A stretch of 64,000 nt of DNA from a virus: positions 15,562 to 79,561 of the IMG/VR virus record IMGVR_UViG_3300025127_000020; one strand, written 5' to 3'. The notes below the pieces were generated by a model, which was not told the origin of the DNA, searched no databases, and worked only from the letters and a program-made list of their open reading frames with translations. This document shows, in pieces, positions 31,401 to 39,997 of the stretch; position 1 is the stretch's first letter; every line of letters starts with the position of its first letter. Made by a program: the position numbers and the translations under genes.

Positions 31401-34400
31401 CCTGTGTTTGGATCTCTCATCGGTTTGGACGTTATTGTAAAAAAAGAGTTAAAATAGTCGTTTGCCTCTTGATTGAATTTGTCCCTAAATGATGAGAATG
31501 TAGAATCAACCGTTGTTCCCACCATCTCTGCAAAAGTTGGATCTGCGAATGAAACTAGTCCAGGAGTGGATTCGTTGATTGGACGACCCATAACTCTTTG
31601 GCAAAAAAGTTCTGGTGTCTCAAATGCTCCCGACAATGGAGGCGTGTTTAATGCCGCTTTAATCCTATCCGCTAACTGCTTTCGCCTGTTATTATTTCTT
31701 GCAATCTGATCTTCAACTTCAGATTCAGTTATGCCATTCTTTTCTGATAAAATTCTTCTCCTAAGTTCGTCATCTTCTAAGCATAAATTATTTGGATCTA
31801 TAAATTGGTTTTGTGGTGCTAGTGCCTCAAAACAAATTGAAAAATCGATTGAGCCGCCGAGAGTAATAAAAAAGTTTTCTATTTCAGACTTTGTTCTTAT
31901 TTTTAAGTTAGGATAAAATCTTTCTATGTAGTTCTGAACTAACTGTAAAGTTTGATCCGTTGCTTCGCCATTTAAAAGTGTGCATAATTCATCAGAAGAT
32001 AAAAATGTGGCTAGACCATCTACAAATGATTCTACTTCTTCAGGGTCAAAAGAACCGTCTCCACCTAGATTACTTATTGCTGATGATAATTCAAAAGGAT
32101 CAATCTTTAGTGGACTGTCCAGATCATCATCTTTACAGCTAAGAATAGAGTCTATTGCACCTTTTAATAAGCCAGTTATCGTGTTCTTGATCATGAAAGC
32201 TAGGGTTTCACTAAGTGTCTTCATAAATTCAGCACCAATGTCGTCGGTTGGAAAGTCATCAGGAACAAACATGGTTGGAACTTTTGGAAGTTCCTTTAAA
32301 AATTCAGACAAAACTTCAATGTCATTTGAAATCTGAGGGACTTGTAAACAAGCCAGCGCATTTTGAAAAAGATGTGGAATAGAAATAGAATTTAAAGCAT
32401 CGCTAAATACTTTTTCACTATTATCAATTGCCTTCTTTGTTTTAGGTAAAGAATTTTTTGTAGCCATTGAAGATTGAGTACAATTTTTTTCTTTTTTTCT
32501 TTTTTCATAAACATCTTTTTTTCTTGCAATGTTATCGACATAATTTTGCTCTTTTTTAAAATCCTCTATAGTTTTTACTGGTGGTCCGAGAGCCTCTGAA
32601 TCACCTCCTGCATCAGACTCTGAAGAATTTGGAATAAACTCAGGTGGGTCTTGTGTTACGAAAGATTGTATAAACTGAGATAAAGAATAAGAAGAATGTG
32701 AGTATTGATCTATTTTATGAATTATTTCTTGGACTCTAACAGATTCTACTTCTTTTAATTTTTTAAATTTAACAAGACCTGTCTTAATCTCACGAAGCTC
32801 ATTTTCATAAAAAATTGAAATATAGGATGCTTTGTAACCCTCTTTCCATCCTATAACAATTTGACCTTCTTCTCCTCCTCTTGCTGGCAAAGCTGCTAGC
32901 TTATCCAAATCCTCCTGCATAAATCCATTTTCGAGAAGAAGAATATCAAAAGAATTTTTATAATCAAGGAGAAGTTGAGATTCTTTTTTAACATCATAGA
33001 CACGAACTTCGCCTTCATAGCTGTCTACCTGTGGCTTCAATTTTAAAATTAGATTTGAAAATTCTTTAATATTATCTGAAAGAACTCTATAATCTACCTG
33101 TTCTTCCTCTGTCCTAAAATCATAATCTGATTCTGAATCTGGTAACGGCTCTACATATTTATGTTCTATTGTTACGAGAAACCTAGCTGTTGCTGATGTT
33201 TTAGGATCTACATAATGTTCTAAAACTTTTCCAAAAATTAATTTTTCAGTTAAGATTAAACTGTAAACAAAATCACTATCATGTTGTTTACCTTCTTCTT
33301 CAAAGATTTTACTTAAACCTTTATGCAAGACATCTTGAAGTGCCTCATTTCTAGAAGCGGATCCTTCTGCGCCCATTGCCCCCAGAGATTCAAAGTCGCT
33401 TGTCACAGACACTCTGTGTTCAGCCAATGATTTATCAAACCAAGGCACATCAATCTCATATTCTGTCCAAGGTTTTTGTGGCAAACTCGCTTCATCATCT
33501 GCAATGTATCGGTCTATGACCACCTTATCATCGGTGAAACTCATTTCGGCTGATTCGGGGATTCCCTCAAGAGCTTTTAAATCTGCACTTTTTATGTAAA
33601 AGAATTTTGATTTTTTATATAATTCACTATCTGGTAATGGTTCAATCTTAGACCACTCAAAAAAACCACCAGTTTTTTCTGTTCTAACAGCGACAACTGT
33701 GTTTTCAGGGACTTCAGTGAACTCTATGTAGTGACCTGCCGAAGGATAAATAACCTGCATTAGTGTGTCACTTGTCACCATGTGTGTTGATTCTAACAAT
33801 GGAGGGTAAAGTTGTTTATCGCTTGGTGGAGGTGTTGCTTCTTCGAACTCTGTATCCCAAATAACAGTATATCTGAGCCACATGACACGCTTACCGCCAA
33901 GCCATCTAGGTTGCTTAAACGCTTCAGAACTAGGAGCATCCTTTGCATAAATCTTGTTCATTTTGTCACACAACGGATAGAGAATGGTTGGAATTTCACT
34001 CCCATATTTAGTTATTGTGCAGCCTGCTGAACCTGAAGCCCAACCTTTTTTGTCCTTCCATTCAACGGTTGAATCTGCTACACTGTGACCATGAACATTA
34101 ATTCCAAATCTCCCAGTGTCTTCACCAGAGCGTCCATCAATGCCTTTACTATTTTCATAGTCTAATGTAGCGTTTGAGTTACCATCTCTCCAGACTGTTA
34201 CTATTCCCTGTTGTGTTATTGCTGGCTTGCCTCTATGTAATCCTGTTGCATAGGCTTTCCACTGACCGTTTTGTAAAATCGCTGTGCCTGCTCGACCCTC
34301 TTTCTTCCACACGGCACCACGAGTAACTACGCCACCTTGAGGCTCTGTTGTTACTGAAAATTCTTCTACGACCCATTCTCCATCTACTCTATAAATAGCA

Positions 34401-34600
34401 TAAAGAACGTCGTCCCAATTTCTCCAGTTTCTCAGTGAGTTTCGAAGTGATAAAAGATTGATATCATAATCACCACGATCCATCCATTCAAAACCTTTTT
34501 TGTCGTAGGTGTTCATTGCACGAGAAGCTAATTCATAAGCCTCTGGTCCAGTGTGGTGAATGTGTCTTACGCCTAGTCTACGTCCTAATGCTTCGCCCAT
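28424..34600 (-). CDS. Giant virion protein with an N-terminal YkuD/L,D-transpeptidase-like domain, an SH3-like domain and long helical regions
   Basis: 2,058 aa; TTEP...GTAILQNGQW...GLHRG...GRFGINVHG...SGSAGC (His...Ser-x-Gly-Cys); then VPENTVVAV...EWSKIE...FYIKSADL (SH3b-like). Confidence 0.6.
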   Translation of the reverse strand: MGEALGRRLGVRHIHHTGPEAYELASRAMNTYDKKGFEWMDRGDYDINLLSLRNSLRNWRNWDDVLYAIYRVDGEWVVEEFSVTTEPQGGVVTRGAVWKKEGRAGTAILQNGQWKAYATGLHRGKPAITQQGIVTVWRDGNSNATLDYENSKGIDGRSGEDTGRFGINVHGHSVADSTVEWKDKKGWASGSAGCTITKYGSEIPTILYPLCDKMNKIYAKDAPSSEAFKQPRWLGGKRVMWLRYTVIWDTEFEEATPPPSDKQLYPPLLESTHMVTSDTLMQVIYPSAGHYIEFTEVPENTVVAVRTEKTGGFFEWSKIEPLPDSELYKKSKFFYIKSADLKALEGIPESAEMSFTDDKVVIDRYIADDEASLPQKPWTEYEIDVPWFDKSLAEHRVSVTSDFESLGAMGAEGSASRNEALQDVLHKGLSKIFEEEGKQHDSDFVYSLILTEKLIFGKVLEHYVDPKTSATARFLVTIEHKYVEPLPDSESDYDFRTEEEQVDYRVLSDNIKEFSNLILKLKPQVDSYEGEVRVYDVKKESQLLLDYKNSFDILLLENGFMQEDLDKLAALPARGGEEGQIVIGWKEGYKASYISIFYENELREIKTGLVKFKKLKEVESVRVQEIIHKIDQYSHSSYSLSQFIQSFVTQDPPEFIPNSSESDAGGDSEALGPPVKTIEDFKKEQNYVDNIARKKDVYEKRKKEKNCTQSSMATKNSLPKTKKAIDNSEKVFSDALNSISIPHLFQNALACLQVPQISNDIEVLSEFLKELPKVPTMFVPDDFPTDDIGAEFMKTLSETLAFMIKNTITGLLKGAIDSILSCKDDDLDSPLKIDPFELSSAISNLGGDGSFDPEEVESFVDGLATFLSSDELCTLLNGEATDQTLQLVQNYIERFYPNLKIRTKSEIENFFITLGGSIDFSICFEALAPQNQFIDPNNLCLEDDELRRRILSEKNGITESEVEDQIARNNNRRKQLADRIKAALNTPPLSGAFETPELFCQRVMGRPINESTPGLVSFADPTFAEMVGTTVDSTFSSFRDKFNQEANDYFNSFFTITSKPMRDPNTGEIVIDPETGTSTLIPTRELLPSLSEFYSNPSFDIEHEIESFKIPIEENYELQGELERFVERSNAVERETDKWIVAIEILFNYFQINEETDFIGLSAALRRWQQNMEQNVEDLNERRNVLIRQKRTMIETENTEDVERIEKEIEAVDIILAERWLFRVEDLVEYQKRLKEYRQRQFQIDAVQGSSAEILNYSPSRELKLRTFSAGFSYDYEISVDSGVFLDPTTGTFPPQVYRREKRLSPEELSFVSSRVPPGDRRPFTLFESIIRRGLGPFQLTQEDYEVIDYELIYKSLKVKFIEEITKKLNTSPYFKNVKANKKAIELIELVTKATSPECDNHVLRLKTLIDEIKKNFSEEFCVDADSLEGKPSKTPFETELMRACIRLTIRHYILEGLLRSIISNSVFATSELEEAVIFDFTFDLMKSEMQRYGSYYDDFLNEVGEYLLDPDLLEPPSPEGVMIELFESEFKEIKLAFEIAIMKPKGLTQTVKDFFINKILLDTEEVINRQNIGNDTFENHYHKDLVVQRAVRFHFGDMTSFDENLSPRNNVFYEHEDSESLEERVRDYAQELIGLGVSKQEIRDSIQSYYVVCLVDMAYPYYRDGLESFNPDFGFVNNPRPARPSAEKAFLTPDKRRIVIPLFETKRKPYTMVFSESPTHRSTADDLRQEERHLEARYQELYRARDRIWDNPRNHYHHDMTEPLLPNRQAAYDAIVTEIDTLLVRLNEIRNLIGGFSQEEIPMQEITDFEGVSLSFKNNTNEYALQELKLSAEVSVLLDYIFPLEIYKSSFIIYEMSTLSLISEVRNALLVSRDELNILFYTITPEADDWKKIAKPMQENSSEDILAAYQFNFGLQLGSCKSDLAWNFGLDVDWGNAFKGLSLGAAAKAASDAALQVFKDYVEKNDPNIKLAVYLSKLQRLACIDVSPTENSLGLSIANPLLYGPNPLNAAYNALGLGNLNKKGSKEQPNVEGLERRDICEELAERDSQESNSDNDE

Positions 34601-34603
34601 TTA

Positions 34604-35518
34604 TTAATTTACCTTATTATAGCGACTTAGAATATAGAAATCGCCAGTCACTTTTAAATAGTTATTACCCCAAGAATCAATGTTACTTCGATTTAGACGT
34701 AAAGATGGTTTAGATTTTTGCATTAATCTAAGATTGTAAAAAGGAACTGTCAACTGTAGGGTTGGAGATTTTTCTGTAGGATATCCAGGCTTTGTGCTAA
34801 TATGCCAATGGTCTTTAAGTTCTGCATTAATTTTGTGCTGAGATTGTAAAATTCCCTCCACAACACCATTTAATTTTTGAACAAGGTGTGCAAGTTTGTT
34901 GAATGCTTCTACAACATTATCACCTCGAACCATTGGCTGTAAATCACTTGTGTCATTTCCAGCAATAAGATGAATTCCGTCAACAGTCGCCTCAAGGTCA
35001 CCACCTTGAGAGTTCTTCTTATCAGTTCTTGTGATTAATCTTATTTCTTCTCTGCCTATTATCCTGACACTATCTGCTTTAATGCCTACTGCGGATTTTG
35101 CTATAGACTCAGAAATTCCCTCTGTGTTAAGTCCAAAATTTTTATCTACGTCAGTCTTTTGACTTATGTAGATTCTTGCTGCGTCTGTTGCAAAGTTTGG
35201 ATCAACATAAGTGTCTTTCTTTACGAAATAACTCGATCGACCCACGACCAAATCCATCATTGATGCCTGATGATCTCCTGAGCCTCCATAGCCTGTAGTT
35301 CTATCTCCTGGTCTGTCTCTACCCATTACAATGTAGTTATTGTTTTTACCAGCATAAATTTTTTCACACCCAGCTTTTACAAATTCTGGAATAGCTTCCA
35401 TAAGTTCATCGCAAAAAATACCCCTTCTCTCAATTCCATCATGAGATTCGGAAATGTGCTCTTGTTGTGATTTAGATAAGTTTTCTTCTTGAATTGCGTT
35501 CTTGGTTGTAGCTTTCAT
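34604..35518 (-). CDS. Putative baseplate hub/spike protein (gp5 C-terminal/VgrG-like)
   Basis: Short beta-strand repeats (AVGIKADSVRIIGREEIRLIT), QPMVRGD, HWH motif near the C-terminus; position next to the wedge genes. Confidence 0.5.
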   Translation of the reverse strand: MKATTKNAIQEENLSKSQQEHISESHDGIERRGIFCDELMEAIPEFVKAGCEKIYAGKNNNYIVMGRDRPGDRTTGYGGSGDHQASMMDLVVGRSSYFVKKDTYVDPNFATDAARIYISQKTDVDKNFGLNTEGISESIAKSAVGIKADSVRIIGREEIRLITRTDKKNSQGGDLEATVDGIHLIAGNDTSDLQPMVRGDNVVEAFNKLAHLVQKLNGVVEGILQSQHKINAELKDHWHISTKPGYPTEKSPTLQLTVPFYNLRLMQKSKPSLRLNRSNIDSWGNNYLKVTGDFYILSRYNKVN

Positions 35519-37077
35519 TAATAAAATCCACCTCCCTTAAATTTAGCATTCTTGCCTGTTTCATAAGTCGGCTTTCCTTTCAGTTTAGATAATTCAAAAA
35601 CCTCCTTCAAAAAATCTTCCCATCGTGTGCCTATTTCAATTCCAAGTGTTTTGCGACCATCAAAATGCCAATATTCGCCACCCATTCCTGGCTTTCCTGT
35701 TGTCCACCAAGTTGATCTCGATCTTATTGGATCATATTTCATTACATCTTTCATTATCTCAGTCAAATTGACAAATGTTCCTTTGTAATTTTTTTTTATT
35801 TTTTGAGGCTTATTCCAAGCTGGAATTATTAATTTCTTTATTGTTATTTCTTGAGGCTTATAAACTTTTCCTTCATATTCAAAGGTTGCTTGAGGGGTGT
35901 CAGTTCTTGCCCAAACAAGATATGGTCCTCTGTTTCCTGTGTTGGATAATAACTCTACATAATTTTCTCTTTTCTTGAGATTCCAGTGGCTCATTCCATT
36001 ATTATTTAAATCAATTGCAGTGCCTGTGTAGTGAAAAGATGTTAAAATTTGTGCTGAACTTTTAGGCTTTGATCCTAAACCACGACCTGAACCAGATGAG
36101 TGAAAAGTACAACCAAGTGCATTTAAAATTTCTTTCACTTTTGCATGCCTGTCTGCCAAATCACTCCTAACAGAATCTTTACCTCCTGGAGGGAATTTCG
36201 ATGACGCACCTGGAGTTCTTGGAAAGTCAACTGGTGCCTTTACAATTTTGTGCTTTGGGTTTGACTTTACTTCCTTTTTATCTTCTTCTTTATTTTCTTT
36301 AATTCTCTGTTTTGACGCTGGTTGTGCTGTTTCTTTTTTAGGAGGCTTTTTAAAAGCACTTTTAGCTTCGCCTTTTGTTGAAGACTTAAGTGCAGATTGT
36401 TTTGTTCTATTTTCAACTGGTCCAAGGTAGATGTAAGAGTCTCCCTGAGCAACTCTAACTCTAACCTTTTCACCAACTGTTGGCTCTGGTGTGTCTTCTT
36501 TTTCTGAAACAAACGTTCTATGTAAATAAATTAATCCCCTTTGGTAAATCGCTTCTTCTTCATTAAAAGGAGCAAATTGTGGTTCTTCAAGCATTGCATC
36601 AAGTTCTGGAATTCTTATTTTATAAGTTTTAAGTCTATTGACCTGTGGGTTGTCAGATTTTTTATCAACATAAGAGTTTGTGTGATCTGAATATTCCTTA
36701 CTTAGGGAAGAAATCTTAGCTAAAACAATTCCAATGTAGTCACCCTCTTTTACAGCGGCTGAACCAAATGTTTGAACTACTGTTTTTCGAAGTGCTTCAA
36801 CTGAAGTTTCATTTTTAGTGTCTAAAGATTCTTGAACTGGAACAGGAGATGAAGGTGGTCTATTTAATATTCCTACTGGATTTTTTGGCTTTTCTTTAGA
36901 TGCTTTATTTACATTAACTCTATTATTAACTTCTTTTGTAGATTTTCTGTTTTTTCTACTCGCAATCTTACCATCTTTTGTTGCAACAACTTGAGATTGA
37001 GTTGGTCTTTTAGCTGCTGATTCTTTATCTACATTATCTTCTTTTCTCGTAGTTACTTTTCCGCATGATTCACTCAT
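35518..37077 (-). CDS. Hub-associated protein: OB-fold-like N-terminal part plus C-terminal peptidase M15 (Zn peptidoglycan peptidase)
   Basis: YKIRIPELD...PTVGEKVRV; SSGSGR...SFHYTGTAIDL...EYWHFD matches the M15 SxHxxGxAxD...ExWH signature. Confidence 0.75.
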   Translation of the reverse strand: MSESCGKVTTRKEDNVDKESAAKRPTQSQVVATKDGKIASRKNRKSTKEVNNRVNVNKASKEKPKNPVGILNRPPSSPVPVQESLDTKNETSVEALRKTVVQTFGSAAVKEGDYIGIVLAKISSLSKEYSDHTNSYVDKKSDNPQVNRLKTYKIRIPELDAMLEEPQFAPFNEEEAIYQRGLIYLHRTFVSEKEDTPEPTVGEKVRVRVAQGDSYIYLGPVENRTKQSALKSSTKGEAKSAFKKPPKKETAQPASKQRIKENKEEDKKEVKSNPKHKIVKAPVDFPRTPGASSKFPPGGKDSVRSDLADRHAKVKEILNALGCTFHSSGSGRGLGSKPKSSAQILTSFHYTGTAIDLNNNGMSHWNLKKRENYVELLSNTGNRGPYLVWARTDTPQATFEYEGKVYKPQEITIKKLIIPAWNKPQKIKKNYKGTFVNLTEIMKDVMKYDPIRSRSTWWTTGKPGMGGEYWHFDGRKTLGIEIGTRWEDFLKEVFELSKLKGKPTYETGKNAKFKGGGFY

Positions 37078-37387
37078 CTTCTTCTTTCGCCTCTGCGCTT
37101 AAGAGATCATAAATTTCCTCCTTCTCTATTGAAGACAAGCCATCGGATTTTGATTCTTTCTTTTGAATTAGTGCTGCGAGTTTGACCATTTGTTCATTTG
37201 ATCTTTGCAGTGTTTCAACATATTTTGAAGCAATCATGCCGCACTGTTGAATGGTTGAGAGACCGTTTTGCTTATTCATTTCCTGAACAAGTTCAGTCAA
37301 TAGGTGAGATGTAATTGCTCTGTCTGAGCGAATGTTATCTATTGCTTCTCCAATAAAATCCTCAAGGTTCTGATTCTTTTTTGTCAT
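37070..37387 (-). CDS. Hypothetical helical protein
   Basis: Likely start ATG 37387 (GAGGA RBS); overlaps both neighbours. Confidence 0.6.
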   Translation of the reverse strand: MTKKNQNLEDFIGEAIDNIRSDRAITSHLLTELVQEMNKQNGLSTIQQCGMIASKYVETLQRSNEQMVKLAALIQKKESKSDGLSSIEKEEIYDLLSAEAKEEDE

Positions 37388-38117
37388 TATGTCTTTCCTC
37401 AATGTGGGTTACTTTGCCCTCATTCCAATCAGACTTGAAAGAACGATACTTTACTCGAAGTTTATTTAAGTTATTTACAACCTGCTTCGTATTGAGTCCT
37501 GTAAGTTCTCTCAGGTAAAGGTAAATAGCTTTCTTATTAAAAATTTCAATGTCGTCAGGCTGCTCCATTAGAATCTTGACTGCTTTATAAACCCTCTCTT
37601 CTGTAGGCTTCATGGGCATCTCACCCCACTTTTCAATCTCAGACCATAGTGCTTGCCAAAACTGTTTTTGTTCTAACTTTTCTTCGTAGGGATTGTAAGT
37701 TGATAAATATCTCTCTTCTATGGTTCTTGGGATGTAGTCATATTGAATTTCTCTTTGTCTTTGTAAAGAATGTTTTTTAACTTTATGAATAAACCAATTT
37801 TTTGTAATGACTGAAAAATAAGAAAAAGCCTTTGATCCCTTGGATGGGTCGAATTTTTCAAGAATTGTTGTAAGCCAAATTTTACATTCATCTCGCAATT
37901 CATCAATGTTTGGAAGTGTTGTAAACTTATAAGTGAAGACAATCTTATCAACCATCTCGTTCATTGCTGGCTGAATTAAGCCTCTGTAGAGTTCTTCTCT
38001 TTTCTTTCTGTCCCTAGTTGAACAATAATCAATTATTGCCTGTTCATGGACCTCAGTGAAATAAAGTCTCTTAGTTCTCTTACGTCGCTTTCTCTTAATC
38101 TTCTTCTGCTCTGTCAT
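37362..38117 (-). CDS. Phage sigma factor for late transcription (T4 gp55-like)
   Basis: LYFT...AIIDY...MVDKIVFTYKF...KFDPSKGSKAFSYFSVITKNWFI is a sigma region 2 / gp55-like pattern; helical C-terminal region. Confidence 0.75.
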   Translation of the reverse strand: MTEQKKIKRKRRKRTKRLYFTEVHEQAIIDYCSTRDRKKREELYRGLIQPAMNEMVDKIVFTYKFTTLPNIDELRDECKIWLTTILEKFDPSKGSKAFSYFSVITKNWFIHKVKKHSLQRQREIQYDYIPRTIEERYLSTYNPYEEKLEQKQFWQALWSEIEKWGEMPMKPTEERVYKAVKILMEQPDDIEIFNKKAIYLYLRELTGLNTKQVVNNLNKLRVKYRSFKSDWNEGKVTHIEERHNDKKESEP

Positions 38118-38388
38118 CTTTTTCAGCTACCACTCTGTTTTGAAATTCTTCTGACCATTGATGAAACTCTTTTATAATTGATAATAGTTCTTTTAACCTT
38201 GGCTCACCATAGTAAAGATCCATTTTATAAGTCTCTTCCATAAATTGATGGAACGAAGAGAATCTTTCATTAATCTCTAATGAATTGTTTTCAATTATTT
38301 GAAGAATTTTATTTATATACCAAACTAAAATACCAATAACAATTATAGAAATTGGAAAAAGAAGATAAATTATAATAGCCTCAATCAT
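38095..38388 (-). CDS. Small membrane-anchored protein
   Basis: N-terminal hydrophobic helix IIIYLLFPISIIVIGILVWY. Confidence 0.6.
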   Translation of the reverse strand: MIEAIIIYLLFPISIIVIGILVWYINKILQIIENNSLEINERFSSFHQFMEETYKMDLYYGEPRLKELLSIIKEFHQWSEEFQNRVVAEKDDRAEED

Positions 38389-38635
38389 CTAATTCCCTTT
38401 TTGATTCTTCTTTGTGTTGGTCTAAAATTTGCTTAGAATCTTTTATAAAATCATTCACTCTTTGTGCTGCACCTGTCTTCTCATTTGTTTTAGCGTTAAA
38501 TGAAATTTTATCATAAACTCTTTTTAAACACTCTACAGAACCACAGACTTCACACTTAGATAAAGTCTCTGACATTCCATGAAAAGTTTGAAATGTTTCA
38601 TTACATTCTGAACATTTATAGGTGTAGCGAGGCAC
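38381..38635 (-). CDS. FmdB-family zinc-ribbon protein
   Basis: MPRYTYKCSEC...CEVCGS...LKRV. Confidence 0.85.
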   Translation of the reverse strand: MPRYTYKCSECNETFQTFHGMSETLSKCEVCGSVECLKRVYDKISFNAKTNEKTGAAQRVNDFIKDSKQILDQHKEESKRELDD

Positions 38636-38841
38636 TATTTATTCTCTTCTAAAATCTCTTCAATGGTAAAGGTTGGGGGGTTTGTGACTACCAGTTCTCC
38701 GTTTTTTGTTCCCCAGCGCTTAGTCGTCTCATCTTTAGTAAAATCCATTGACTTTAAAACTGGAACTATGTCTGTTTGTTCCAACAAACTTTTTTGAAGT
38801 GCCATCATAATAGCGCTCAATGCTTGATCACTCAGTTTCAT
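38635..38841 (-). CDS. Small hypothetical protein
   Basis: Likely start ATG 38841 (AGGAG RBS), MKLSDQALSAIMMALQKSL. Confidence 0.6.
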   Translation of the reverse strand: MKLSDQALSAIMMALQKSLLEQTDIVPVLKSMDFTKDETTKRWGTKNGELVVTNPPTFTIEEILEENK

Positions 38842-39997
38842 TTTCTTCTCCTGTTGTTTCATTTAATTGTAGAACTTTATCTACTACATTATTATAACTC
38901 ATATTTATTTTTTGTTCAGTAAAATTTTCTTTTATAAAGTTTTGATGCTTTTTGGCAATCCCTTTAAATTTTGAATAATTGTTGTAAACTTCTCTCATCT
39001 TTTCTCTAACAGAAGAAGTTTTTGAAAAGCACCATTTAGTCTCTTTATTAAGAACTCCTTCCCAAACTTGATAGTCTTTTAATTCTTCTACTTCGTAATT
39101 TACATTTAAAATAAAGTTTTCAGCATAGTCTTCTATTCCTCCCCAAACAGGAGCTATAATCGGAACTGCATGTTGTGCTGCTTCAAAAACTGGTAGACCA
39201 AAACCTTCACCATGAGTTGTAGTGATATAACAAGAAACTTTTTTATTATTATAAAGAGATGACATTTGCTGATCTGTAAGTGAGCCATGGAGCAAGTGAA
39301 CTTTGCACTTTCTATCCTGCGGAAACTCTCTTAAGATCGCTTGTAATCTTTTTGTAACATGTTCCTTATCAATTTGACTACTTCCTTTTATGTTTAGTTT
39401 TAAAATTAAACCAACTTCTTCACTTTGAAATTCTTCAATAAATGATGTTATTGTTTGTTCTACATTCTTTCTTGGATTCCATTGAGCTACCGTTAGAAAA
39501 TTAAATTCTGTAGAAAAGTCAAAGTTTGTCTTTTTGGGTGCAATGTTTCTTGACGGAAAACTTATAACCTCGATTAGATCAGAAACTTCCTCTGTGAAAG
39601 AATTCTTTGAATGCTCAGAAGGAACTAGAACCTTATCCATAGACTTACAAGCTGCAATCCACTCGCTGGGTGCCTTAGTCGTTTCTACGCCAGCACAAAC
39701 GCCGATGTTTCGCTCACAAAGGTTTTGCCATTCAACGGGAAGCTGAACCTGAACTGATGCTGCGAAATCACGAACTCCTGCCTGAATTTCACTTGCCGTT
39801 TTAATAATAGTTTGATCTATCCAGCTTCTTTCTTCTGTGTCTTCGGAAATCCATCCAGAACTTCCCCAACCAACATTCAACAAGTAGATTTCATTTCTTT
39901 CATCTGAACGTAAAGCCCTTAAAACAGTTCTACAATGCTCACCGTAGCCAGACCTCGACAATGCTGGACCTCTTACCAAAATCTTTCTTTTGCTCAT
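38828..39997 (-). CDS. Glycosyltransferase, GT-B fold (GT4-like)
   Basis: SGYG at the N-terminus, QWNPRKN, THGEGFGLPVFEAA (EX7E motif). Confidence 0.9.
   Translation of the reverse strand: MSKRKILVRGPALSRSGYGEHCRTVLRALRSDERNEIYLLNVGWGSSGWISEDTEERSWIDQTIIKTASEIQAGVRDFAASVQVQLPVEWQNLCERNIGVCAGVETTKAPSEWIAACKSMDKVLVPSEHSKNSFTEEVSDLIEVISFPSRNIAPKKTNFDFSTEFNFLTVAQWNPRKNVEQTITSFIEEFQSEEVGLILKLNIKGSSQIDKEHVTKRLQAILREFPQDRKCKVHLLHGSLTDQQMSSLYNNKKVSCYITTTHGEGFGLPVFEAAQHAVPIIAPVWGGIEDYAENFILNVNYEVEELKDYQVWEGVLNKETKWCFSKTSSVREKMREVYNNYSKFKGIAKKHQNFIKENFTEQKINMSYNNVVDKVLQLNETTGEENETE

Noticed and set aside
24659-37077. Bacterial contractile injection system (eCIS/T6SS/tailocin) rather than a phage
   Set aside because: The baseplate genes are embedded with primase, resolvase, Mre11-like and late sigma genes, and there are no cellular housekeeping genes.
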